From Bacteroidota bacterium (GTDB taxonomy: Bacteria > Bacteroidota > Bacteroidia > B-17B0 > Aurantibacillaceae), in the NCBI GenBank assembly GCA_040386075.1, contig JAZKGE010000027.1:171403-235402 (forward strand): a DNA stretch of 64,000 bases, in the 5' to 3' direction. The position numbers were made by a program, and so were the translations under genes. Below the pieces are notes generated by a model. It ran no database searches. It was not told the DNA's origin and saw only the letters and a list, made by a program, of their open reading frames with translations. Shown piece after piece: positions 54,715 to 64,000 of this stretch; within the stretch, counting starts at the first letter, position 1; every line of letters starts with the position of its first letter.

Positions 54715-55875
54715 ATGCGTGTTGGAATTATTTTTACCGGAGTTGCAAATGAACATGTAGGGGGAGCAGAGCGTTTTTTTGCTGATTTTTATGATATATA
54801 CAATAGGCAGTCAAAAAAACAAAATGATGTTTTTTTTATAACAGATAAGAATTCATGTGATGTGTATACTAAAAAGTTAAAAAAACTTCGTTACACTAAA
54901 AATATTATACTTATACCCAATTTTAATAACCGATTTAAAAACACACTCGAATCTTTTTTTTTCCTGTTGAAACTTATTCTGAAAAGAATTGATATTATTC
55001 ATATCGGGTCTTATGGAAGGCACTATTATCATCTTTTGGATAGTATTAAATTTTTACCCATTTTTTTAAGACCAAAAATAGTGATCAATATTGTGGATTG
55101 TGAGATACCTTACGTGCTTGGTAATAGTTCAGATCCAAAGCATAGTTCTTATAAAGCCAAATATCTTCCATTATTTGATGACATTAAGATCGATGCAGTT
55201 TACTCCTGGTATAAACTGTTCAAGCAGTTCGCCGAATCGAAGGGTATTATTAAATCAAATCCATTGATAGAATCGGTTGCTACCCGTTTTTCTGACACTG
55301 CACGATTTATTTCTGCAGCAAACAAAAAAAATGAAATTATTTTTGCCGCAAGGCTTACCCATCAAAAGCAACCCTTGTTTTTTTTAAAAGCCATCCGGAT
55401 TTTAAAAGCAAATTTTTTTGAAGACATTAAAGGCTGGAAATTTTTGATATACGGAAAAGGTCCTTTAGAAAAAGATGTACAGGAATTTATTTCAAATAAC
55501 GGGCTGGAGGAGTTGATTTCCGGACATTCAAATTCTGATCTATCAAAAGTATTTTCTGAAACAAAATGTTTTGTGTCAACCCAGGATTATGAAAATTTCC
55601 CTTCTCTGTCGATGTGCGAAGCTATGGCTGCTGGTAATGCTGTAATTGCAAGAAATGTGGGTCAGACAGATTTTTTTGTAAAACATGACGTTAATGGTTA
55701 TGTTTTAGATAATGATACTCCTGAGGGCCTTGCTTATATGTTGCACAAATATATCACAAGTCCTCAAAATCATCTTCGGATGCAAAATGAAAGTGTTCGT
55801 TTAACCAAAGAGGTGCATACCGCAGATAATTTTATAAGAGATATTGATTCTTTTTGGAAAAAGGTAAACCAATAG
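54715..55875 (+). CDS. GT4-family glycosyltransferase
   Basis: ENFPSLSMCEAMAAGNAVIARNVGQTDFFVKHDVNGYV is a standard GT4 EX7E block. Start set to the ATG 3 nt inside the TTG of the track ORF. Confidence 0.8.
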   Translation: MRVGIIFTGVANEHVGGAERFFADFYDIYNRQSKKQNDVFFITDKNSCDVYTKKLKKLRYTKNIILIPNFNNRFKNTLESFFFLLKLILKRIDIIHIGSYGRHYYHLLDSIKFLPIFLRPKIVINIVDCEIPYVLGNSSDPKHSSYKAKYLPLFDDIKIDAVYSWYKLFKQFAESKGIIKSNPLIESVATRFSDTARFISAANKKNEIIFAARLTHQKQPLFFLKAIRILKANFFEDIKGWKFLIYGKGPLEKDVQEFISNNGLEELISGHSNSDLSKVFSETKCFVSTQDYENFPSLSMCEAMAAGNAVIARNVGQTDFFVKHDVNGYVLDNDTPEGLAYMLHKYITSPQNHLRMQNESVRLTKEVHTADNFIRDIDSFWKKVNQ

Positions 55876-55883
55876 ATTTAAAC

Positions 55884-56897
55884 ATGAGCTCAGGATATAG
55901 TAAAGTAGACCAATACGAATTTAATCAGGACTTTTCTGATAATAACGCCTACATCAAGCAGGCCGGACTGAAAGGTTTTGCCTTACTTAAGTTTAAATTT
56001 AAAGTGTGGTATGGATTTAACAATGCAGATACACGTTTAAAACAAAGTATTGCTAAAGGAGTATGTTATTACGGACCTTTTAAAGGCGAATTTGGACATT
56101 TTACGGCACACACTCTTCCCTTTTTAATGTATCTTCATAAACAAAGCGTAAAAATAATTTATTGTGGAATGGAGCTTCATAAGCCATTTATGATAGATGA
56201 GAATGGTAATACGATCATTCATGAATTTAGAACTTTAAGAGATTTTTTCGCAGAAGTTAGTCCTAAAAGTAATAGTACAGTTCCACCAAAAGATGTTCAG
56301 GACGAAATTAAAAAATTTGAGGACGAAGCAAATGCTTCCGGCTTACCTTTTTGGAACATCGGCGATGATTTTTATTACTGGTTTATTCACCGGAATTGGC
56401 TTTTGAATAATCATACACATATTTATAATCTTGATAAATTTTATAAAACCAAAGACGAAAATGCCTGTTGCATTTTTCCACGAAGCAAAGGTGCAGCTCA
56501 AAGTCATAATAATGGCAGCCAATGGGACTATGTTGGCTTAATAGATTTAATTGCTCCGTATTTTGATAAAATATATATCTGCGGGCACCCTTCCCAGGTA
56601 AAAGATCTGGCTACAACCAATCCCAAAGTAGAAGTTGCTGTAAGCACAAATAATGGGGTTACATTAGAAAAAACTTCAAATTCCAGATTAATAATTACGC
56701 AACACAGTGGCGTAAATAATGTTGGGGAATATGTAAACACGCAAGTGTTGATCATTTATAAAGGAGGAACTAAGGTAGGTGATATTGGTAGCATGAATAA
56801 TACGCTTCGTTTTAGGAAAGCATTGGGAGATAAATATCCTTTAAAATTTGCATTTAATGAGCAGGAAATAGTTAATTTTGTTAAGGAACACAACTAA
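55884..56897 (+). CDS. hypothetical protein with weak GT9 (heptosyltransferase)-like C-terminal motif
   Basis: LIITQHSGVNNVGEYVNTQVLIIYKGG loosely parallels the GT9 block L-V-I-G-N-D-S-G-x-x-H-L-A-A-A-x-G-x-P-x-V-x-L-F-G. Start set to ATG 55884, after the upstream stop. Confidence 0.4.
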   Translation: MSSGYSKVDQYEFNQDFSDNNAYIKQAGLKGFALLKFKFKVWYGFNNADTRLKQSIAKGVCYYGPFKGEFGHFTAHTLPFLMYLHKQSVKIIYCGMELHKPFMIDENGNTIIHEFRTLRDFFAEVSPKSNSTVPPKDVQDEIKKFEDEANASGLPFWNIGDDFYYWFIHRNWLLNNHTHIYNLDKFYKTKDENACCIFPRSKGAAQSHNNGSQWDYVGLIDLIAPYFDKIYICGHPSQVKDLATTNPKVEVAVSTNNGVTLEKTSNSRLIITQHSGVNNVGEYVNTQVLIIYKGGTKVGDIGSMNNTLRFRKALGDKYPLKFAFNEQEIVNFVKEHN

Positions 56898-56911
56898 GTA
56901 AAGAAATAAGA

Positions 56912-57781
56912 ATGATTGATATTATTGAAGATTTTATTAAAAAAGCATCTGGTTTACACGTTTTAGTAATTGGAGAAACAATCATTGATGAATTTATCGA
57001 TGTAAGTTACGAAGGACAATCTATGAAGTCAATTTGTCCGGTTTATAAACTCGAAGAAAAACAGAATATTCAAATGGGCGGCGCTACAGCTATTGCTAAC
57101 CATTTAGTTGACTTTGTTAAAAAAGTGGATGTGATAACAAATACAAATCGTGAGATTGTGAAAACACGTTATGTAGATGTAAATGACAAAAAAAAGCATG
57201 TAGAGATCAATAAATTTGATACTGCAGGATTTAAAGAAATTAAGGTGAATGTGCAGGATTACGATGTTGTAATCGTGGCAGATTTTGGTCATGCATTTTG
57301 CGATAAGCTGTTTATTAATGATGGTTTTCATTTAATGTGTCAAACTAATTCAAACAATTTTGGATTTAACCGTATTTCTAAATGGAAAAACAATCGAAAG
57401 AAAAGCGCGTGTATAGATTTAAGAGAAGCAAGCTTACAGGTAAATAAGCGTATTAGTAATCCCAGGGATAAAGACATTCTTGAGATTTATAACTACGAAT
57501 TGAATACCGAAGATCTATTTGTGACATCGGGAAGAGAAGGGGCATTTTATACTGACGGAAAAATAACCAATATGCAACCAACATTTAAGTCAAATGTGGT
57601 AGACACTATTGGAGCAGGCGATACGTTTTTTGCATTTGCCTGTGTAGCATCACATCTTAATTTTAAGGAAAATACATTACTAGTACCTTCTATTGCCGCC
57701 AGTTTGTCTACAACCTGGTTATGTAACGAAAAATCAGTCACAAAAAATATACTATTAGAACATGCAGCTAGATTTATATAA
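56912..57781 (+). CDS. PfkB-family sugar kinase, HldE/RfaE domain-I-like (heptose-7-phosphate kinase-like)
   Basis: HVLVIGETIIDEFIDVSYEG..SICPVYKL parallels RfaE-I VLVIGDxMLDRY...ISPEAPVPV. DTIGAGDTFFA is the PfkB signature. Confidence 0.7.
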   Translation: MIDIIEDFIKKASGLHVLVIGETIIDEFIDVSYEGQSMKSICPVYKLEEKQNIQMGGATAIANHLVDFVKKVDVITNTNREIVKTRYVDVNDKKKHVEINKFDTAGFKEIKVNVQDYDVVIVADFGHAFCDKLFINDGFHLMCQTNSNNFGFNRISKWKNNRKKSACIDLREASLQVNKRISNPRDKDILEIYNYELNTEDLFVTSGREGAFYTDGKITNMQPTFKSNVVDTIGAGDTFFAFACVASHLNFKENTLLVPSIAASLSTTWLCNEKSVTKNILLEHAARFI

Positions 57782-58292
57782 GAATTTTTTTACATCCTAT
57801 TTTCAGGATACCACAGTTGTTAAACAAATAAGTGAGTCTATAGATTTGCTAAAAAACAAAAAAAGAATTTTCTTTATCGGAAATGGTGGGTCCAATTCTA
57901 TCTGTTCCCATATGATGGAAGATTACGGAAAGATTGCTGGTTACAAATCATATGCCTTTTCGGATGCATCGTTAATTACATGTTATGCAAATGATTTTGG
58001 TTACGAGCACGCCATTGCAGAGTGGTTAAAATTGCACATGGAAGGTGAGGATGTATTAGTCGCAATTTCCAGTTCAGGAAATTCAAAAAATATTATTAAT
58101 GCTGTTGCAGAAGCAAAATCAAAAGGATGTGATGTTATTTCGTTATCTGGTTTTAAACCTGATAATGAATTGAGAAAGACCGGTAATGTTAATTTTTACC
58201 TTCCGGTTGAAAATTATGGTATTGTAGAATGTTATCATCAGATAATTTTACATGTTGTTTTAGATGAATTAGCACTTATCAGAAAAAAATAA
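57762..58292 (+). CDS. SIS-domain sugar-phosphate isomerase, GmhA-like
   Basis: RIFFIGNGGSNSICSHMMEDY and VLVAISSSGNSKNIINAV are SIS/GmhA-type blocks. Confidence 0.75.
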   Translation: MQLDLYKNFFTSYFQDTTVVKQISESIDLLKNKKRIFFIGNGGSNSICSHMMEDYGKIAGYKSYAFSDASLITCYANDFGYEHAIAEWLKLHMEGEDVLVAISSSGNSKNIINAVAEAKSKGCDVISLSGFKPDNELRKTGNVNFYLPVENYGIVECYHQIILHVVLDELALIRKK

Positions 58293-58296
58293 ATTA

Positions 58297-59232
58297 ATGT
58301 CAAAAACAAAAGTTTTAATAACAGGTGTTGCAGGATTTATAGGATCTAATCTGCTGGATTATTTGATTGAAAAAACCGATTGGCATATTACCGGAGTTGA
58401 TAACTGTAGCACAGGAAACAGGGATAATATTGAACATCACATGAATAATCCTCGATTTGAGTTTCATTTGATGTCGGTTAGAGATATGAGATCTTTAAAA
58501 GAATTTTCTAAAGTATTTCATTTAGCAGCGTTACCTCGTATTCAGCCAAGTTTTGAACTCATTAACGAACACATTGAAGCAAATTTAAATCAGGCTATTT
58601 ATTTGATTGAATTAATGATCAGAGAGAATCATTATCCTCGATTAGTATATAGCGGTTCGAGTGCCATTTATGGAACACCTTCTATTATTCCAACTCCTGA
58701 AACAGAAAAAATAGATTGCTTAAGCCCTTATGCTTTTCAAAAATATGAGGTCGAAAAATATTTAGAATTAATAGCAACCCGTTATCCCTTGGATTACATG
58801 ACAGTTCGTTATTTTAATCCTTATGGACCAAGATCATTTAATCCACATAATGCGTTTAATGCATATAGTAGTGTAGTGGGAATTTTCCTTAATAGGCTTA
58901 AAAACGGGCAAAAATTATTAGTTACAGGGGATGGTTCCCAAAAACGGGATTTTATTCACGTACAGGATCTTGCAAAAGCCAACTATATGGCATCTGTTCA
59001 TCCTCAAAAGTTGAACACGGCTTTTAATGTAGGTTTTGGAAGTACATTAAGTATTTTAGAACTGGCAAAATTAATTGCAGGAAATAATTATGAATTTATT
59101 GATAAACGCGATGGGGAAGCTGAGATCACTTTTGCTGACACAACCAAAACAAAATCTATTTTAGGATGGAATCCATCTGTGGAAATTGCAACTTATATTA
59201 AAGAGGAACTAAATAAAATCAATGCAGGATAA
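58297..59232 (+). CDS. NAD-dependent nucleotide-sugar epimerase (extended SDR; HldD-like size)
   Basis: KVLITGVAGFIGSNLLDYL, GSSAIYG, YAFQKYEVEKY (YxxxK), RYFNPYGPR. Confidence 0.8.
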   Translation: MSKTKVLITGVAGFIGSNLLDYLIEKTDWHITGVDNCSTGNRDNIEHHMNNPRFEFHLMSVRDMRSLKEFSKVFHLAALPRIQPSFELINEHIEANLNQAIYLIELMIRENHYPRLVYSGSSAIYGTPSIIPTPETEKIDCLSPYAFQKYEVEKYLELIATRYPLDYMTVRYFNPYGPRSFNPHNAFNAYSSVVGIFLNRLKNGQKLLVTGDGSQKRDFIHVQDLAKANYMASVHPQKLNTAFNVGFGSTLSILELAKLIAGNNYEFIDKRDGEAEITFADTTKTKSILGWNPSVEIATYIKEELNKINAG

Positions 59233-59650
59233 AAATACGATAGTAGGATTTGCATGTGGTGTTTTTGACTTATTTCATGCCGGGCACATTTTAATGTTGC
59301 AGGAATGTAAACAACATTGTGACTATTTGCTTGTGGCCTTAAATAAGGCAGAGAACATTGATTATAAAATTAACCCTAACAAAAAGGCTCCCATTTTTTC
59401 ATTTAATGATCGAAAGCTGATCATGGAAAACTGTAAATTGGTTGATGAGGTGATAGGTTATAATTCAGAAGAAGAACTGGTTAAAATAATGACGGAACGA
59501 AAAATCGATATCCGCTTTTTGGGAGAGGATTATAAAGGTAAGCCAATCACCGGAGCGGAACTGGTTTCAAAAATACATTATACAGATAGAAAACATGGAC
59601 TTAGTTCAAGCTTGTTTAAAGAAAAAATAATGCTTGGAGCAAAATCCTAA
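59222..59650 (+). CDS. cytidylyl/adenylyltransferase-fold protein, HldE/RfaE domain-II or TagD-like
   Basis: IVGFACGVFDLFHAGHILMLQECK carries the HxGH nucleotidyltransferase motif. 142 aa. Confidence 0.8.
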   Translation: MQDKNTIVGFACGVFDLFHAGHILMLQECKQHCDYLLVALNKAENIDYKINPNKKAPIFSFNDRKLIMENCKLVDEVIGYNSEEELVKIMTERKIDIRFLGEDYKGKPITGAELVSKIHYTDRKHGLSSSLFKEKIMLGAKS

Positions 59651-59684
59651 TGATACATGAACAAATGCTATTTAACTTCTGCAA

Positions 59685-60131
59685 ATGATAATTAATAATA
59701 TATCTTACAAAGAGCGGTACACAAATTTACATCCCCAATTTACTCAAGCATTTGATTTTATTAATGGTTTTGTACCTCAAAAGAACATTCCCGGAAAAAT
59801 TGATATAGACGGCGATACTGTTTTCGCTATTTATTCCGAACCTGAAAATGCAAATAGTAATCTCTCTAAATTAGAGTCACATCGCAAATATATAGATATA
59901 CATTTTATTATCAGCGGATCTGAGTTATTTGGCTGGATGCCATTACTTAGTTGCAAAAGCCCCATTGGTGATTTCAATGTTGAAGACGATTATATCTTAT
60001 ATGATGATAAAGAGTTTAAAAAAATTCAACTAACTCAGAGCGATTTTGTAATTGTATATCCCGAAGACACTCATGCTCCCGGACTCGAAACATCAGATTT
60101 AAAAAAACTAGTTATTAAAATTAAATTATAA
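59685..60131 (+). CDS. YhcH/YjgK/YiaL-family protein (cupin-like; sialic-acid-operon-associated family)
   Basis: GKIDIDGDTVFAIYSE...ESHRKYIDIHFIISGSELFGW...YPEDTHAPG matches my memory of the family. Confidence 0.65.
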   Translation: MIINNISYKERYTNLHPQFTQAFDFINGFVPQKNIPGKIDIDGDTVFAIYSEPENANSNLSKLESHRKYIDIHFIISGSELFGWMPLLSCKSPIGDFNVEDDYILYDDKEFKKIQLTQSDFVIVYPEDTHAPGLETSDLKKLVIKIKL

Positions 60132-60135
60132 GATA

Positions 60136-61800
60136 ATGAAAGTTATTGCAGAAAGTGCATATAATCATCAAGGTAATTTTGAATATCTTAAAAAGCTTGC
60201 TAAGGCAAGCAAAGACGCTGGCGCCGATTATTTTACTGTTCAAATGATGAACGTAAATGAGTTTTGTACAAAAGAGTATTCAAAGTATCAATTATACTTA
60301 GATACAGAATTTAGTGAAACTCAATGGATTGACCTTTTTAATTATTGTAAGCAAATTGATATCAATGTAATTCCTTGTACCCTCGAAATTAAATCATTTG
60401 ATGTTGCATATAATTATGGGTTTAGATTGGTGAAAATACACGGTACAGATTTAACCAATGGTCCTTTTTTGAATTACATTAAAGATAAAGGCAATTGTAA
60501 AGTTATTTTAGAAACCCAATGCAGTACAGATTTTGAAATTAAATTAGCCGTTGAAGATTTTGGAGAAATTATAGAGTGCCTGTTTCATGGCTTTAGCAAT
60601 TATCCTACAGAGCCAAACGAGCATAATTTAAACGCTCTTACATATTTAAAAAACAGGTACCATTTAAATACAGGTTTTGCTGACCATAGTTTGGATACTC
60701 AGATCATCCCTTGTATGGCAATGGCCTTGGGTTGTAGTTATATTGAAAAACATATCACTATTCATCGTAATGATCGTCAATTTGATTATCAGGTTTCGCT
60801 TGAGCCTTATGAGTTTTCAGTAATGGTCAATTCACTCAGGCATTACCAACAAACATTGGGGGTACCTGTTAAGCATCCCGTGAAATCGGAAAAAGGCTTT
60901 AGAGATATTATCTTCAAAAAATATTTGGGGAATGGGGTTTTTAAAAGAGATAATGAAGGAAAGACTTATATTGAAAGTGTAATTGATACTTTTGAAAAAG
61001 GTAACGTTTCGGCAGCGATAATTGCCAGGCTAAAGTCAAAACGATTAAAATTAAAAGTTTTAAAGCCTTTCGGAGAAAACGAATCCATTATTTCTTTATA
61101 TAATAGATTAAAAGGTAACTGTAAAACAATTCAACATATTGAATTGGCTACAAGCTATCATCCTGATGATGAACCTCTGGCGAATTTATTTGAAACTAAA
61201 GGGTTACCACATTTTGAAGGTCACCCCGAAAGCGTCATAGACAGACTTCTGGAGGTAGCTTATAAAAACAAGTCAGCAGCTGTTTTCCGTGTTACCGGCG
61301 ACAATCCTTTTACTGATCCCGTTTTGATGGATAAAATGGTGAAAATTTTTATGGAAAATGACGTTGATTATGTGAGAGTGAATAATGTACCATTTGGGAT
61401 CAGTGCGGAGTTATTTAGTACAAAATATTTATGGAAGTTATATCTCGAAATGGAAGATCCTTTCGTAAGTGAATATCTGTCATGGTTTATTTTAAACGAT
61501 AATACCTGTAAAAAAGCATGTATTGAATTTAAGTGTGATAAAGAGTATGCTAAGTTCGTAAATTTAAGTATTGATTATCCTGAAGATTATGATTACGCTG
61601 TATCTATTTTAAACAGTATCAATGTTCAGCCATTTGAAAAAATTGTTTTGCAGGATGTTATCAAAAATATTACTGACAAACATATAGTAGATGTTACAAA
61701 ATTCATAAAATTGCCTCAGGGAGTTAGTATCCTGTACAGTGATTATTTAAAGTTGATAGAGGAAACTAAATACATATATAAGGAAACGTATTCAATTTAA
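60136..61800 (+). CDS. fusion: NeuB/SpsE-like ulosonic-acid synthase domain (no SAF) + SpsF/acylneuraminate-cytidylyltransferase-family domain
   Basis: N-half VIAESAYNHQGNFEYLKKLAKASKDAGADYFTVQ, GFADHSLD, YIEKHITI. C-half from about residue 290: VSAAIIARLKSKRLKLKVLKPFGENESII ... FRVTGDNPF. Confidence 0.7.
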   Translation: MKVIAESAYNHQGNFEYLKKLAKASKDAGADYFTVQMMNVNEFCTKEYSKYQLYLDTEFSETQWIDLFNYCKQIDINVIPCTLEIKSFDVAYNYGFRLVKIHGTDLTNGPFLNYIKDKGNCKVILETQCSTDFEIKLAVEDFGEIIECLFHGFSNYPTEPNEHNLNALTYLKNRYHLNTGFADHSLDTQIIPCMAMALGCSYIEKHITIHRNDRQFDYQVSLEPYEFSVMVNSLRHYQQTLGVPVKHPVKSEKGFRDIIFKKYLGNGVFKRDNEGKTYIESVIDTFEKGNVSAAIIARLKSKRLKLKVLKPFGENESIISLYNRLKGNCKTIQHIELATSYHPDDEPLANLFETKGLPHFEGHPESVIDRLLEVAYKNKSAAVFRVTGDNPFTDPVLMDKMVKIFMENDVDYVRVNNVPFGISAELFSTKYLWKLYLEMEDPFVSEYLSWFILNDNTCKKACIEFKCDKEYAKFVNLSIDYPEDYDYAVSILNSINVQPFEKIVLQDVIKNITDKHIVDVTKFIKLPQGVSILYSDYLKLIEETKYIYKETYSI

Positions 61801-61801
61801 T

Positions 61802-62836
61802 ATGACATATATAATAGGAGAAATAGGACAAAACCATAATGGTTCGGTAGATATTGCAAAGTTAATTGTTGACGCTGCTGCGCGACCTATTCACGAAGAT
61901 CTGTTTGGGCTTCAGCTAAAGCCAATGGATGCTGTTAAATTGACCAAAAGAGACCTGAACCAGGAATTGTCTAAAACCCAAATGGAAGCTCCTTATAATA
62001 GTGCTCATTCGTTTGGTAAAACTTATGGAGAGCATAGGGCTGCTTTAGAGTTGAATGATGATCAGCATTTTGAAGTGTATAAGCACGCCAAAAATTTAGG
62101 TTTGGATTTTGTGGAAACACTATGTGCTGTTGGTTGTTTATCAATGTTAAAATTATTTACACCTGATAGATTAAAAGTTGCAAGTCGTGATTTAACTAAT
62201 TTGCCGTTGCTGACAGCTTTGGCAGAAACCAAAATCCCTATAATCGTTTCTACAGGAATGGCCGGACAACAGGAGCTTGATAGTGCGATTAATGTTATCA
62301 CAAAATATAATTCTGATTTGTCTATTTTGCATTGCGTCTCTCAATATCCTACTCAGCCGCAAAATGTAAATTTAAAAACGATCACCTATCTTCAAAAAAA
62401 TTATCCCCAATTCACTATTGGTTATTCTGATCATACGATCGGTATCTCAGCACCTGTTGCTGCTGTAGCGATGGGCGCACAGATTATTGAAAAACATATC
62501 ACTTTAGATCGGAAAATGAAAGGTACTGATCAGGCAGGGTCGCTGGGTATTGATGGCATTAACCGTATGGTAAGAGATATCCGCGTTATGGAAATGTCGT
62601 TGGGTAAGGAAGAAATTTTTATTGAAGAAGGTGTTAAATCTTCAAGGGTAAAACTGGAACGTTCTATTGCTAGTAAGCGAACGATTAAAAAAGGAGAAAA
62701 AATTTCTGAGGCAGATATTCACATGCTATCTCCCGGAGATGGTTTTAAATGGGCTGAGAATGATAAGGTAATTGGAAAAACAGCCAAGCACGATATTTCT
62801 GAAAACGAGATTATCTATTCAACAATGATCGGGTAA
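61802..62836 (+). CDS. NeuB-family sialic/Kdn-type acid synthase with SAF domain
   Basis: YIIGEIGQNHNGSVDIAKLIVDAAA, GYSDHTIG, IIEKHITLDR. SAF-like RTIKKGEKISEADIHMLSPGDG. Confidence 0.8.
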   Translation: MTYIIGEIGQNHNGSVDIAKLIVDAAARPIHEDLFGLQLKPMDAVKLTKRDLNQELSKTQMEAPYNSAHSFGKTYGEHRAALELNDDQHFEVYKHAKNLGLDFVETLCAVGCLSMLKLFTPDRLKVASRDLTNLPLLTALAETKIPIIVSTGMAGQQELDSAINVITKYNSDLSILHCVSQYPTQPQNVNLKTITYLQKNYPQFTIGYSDHTIGISAPVAAVAMGAQIIEKHITLDRKMKGTDQAGSLGIDGINRMVRDIRVMEMSLGKEEIFIEEGVKSSRVKLERSIASKRTIKKGEKISEADIHMLSPGDGFKWAENDKVIGKTAKHDISENEIIYSTMIG

Positions 62837-62838
62837 TT

Positions 62839-63942
<1,104 letters not shown>

Positions 63943-63943
<1 letters not shown>

Positions 63944-64000
63944 TGTTCTTTAAAATTTTACGCTACCTGTTCTTGTTTAGGCTTAAAAAACAAGGTATAG
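63943..64000 (+). CDS. start of a further ORF running off the window (hydrophobic/basic N-terminus)
   Basis: ATG overlaps the upstream TAA (TAATG). MFFKILRYLFLFRLKKQGI... is open to nt 64000. Too short to assign. Confidence 0.25.

Overview
AT-rich segment (about one-third G+C by eye, not computed). It looks like a Bacteroidota chromosome: it has exosortase F, a UpxY-type NusG paralog and a TAnnTTTG-like promoter box, and I saw no obvious Shine-Dalgarno sites. The taxon is an inference. Coordinates 1-29.3 kb hold mixed housekeeping and envelope genes: GH3-family enzyme, PolX, ispD, CDP-alcohol phosphatidyltransferase, TonB-dependent-type barrel, M16 peptidase, Cache-HAMP-PP2C sensor and glyA. 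Three less ordinary islands sit among them. (a) An operon for a Cys-rich secreted protein plus two thioredoxin-fold proteins (6.2-7.9 kb). (b) A paralogous set of outer-membrane proteins with thrombospondin-type-3 repeats plus SPOR or EF-hand domains (13.3-18.5 kb). (c) An exosortase-F module with a 70-aa substrate that is nearly all sorting signal (28.0-29.3 kb). Coordinates 29.4-64 kb are one uninterrupted same-strand surface-glycan locus of at least 35 genes. It holds a Wzc-type tyrosine kinase, a WbpP/TviC-type epimerase, an internal UpxY antiterminator and an HTTM (gamma-carboxylase-like)-DCC thiol oxidoreductase fusion. It also holds an ArnC/GtrB-like lipid-linked aminosugar module, a Wzm/Wzt ABC exporter, and a pseudaminic-acid pathway with a triple-GNAT protein and a PIG-L deacetylase. 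The rest is a split HldE-type heptose pathway and a second ulosonic-acid module with a NeuB-cytidylyltransferase fusion, a further NeuB paralog and a KdsC-type phosphatase. I saw no rRNA, tRNA, CRISPR array, transposase, integrase or recognisable defence gene. All family assignments come from motif recognition by eye and need HMM or BLAST confirmation.
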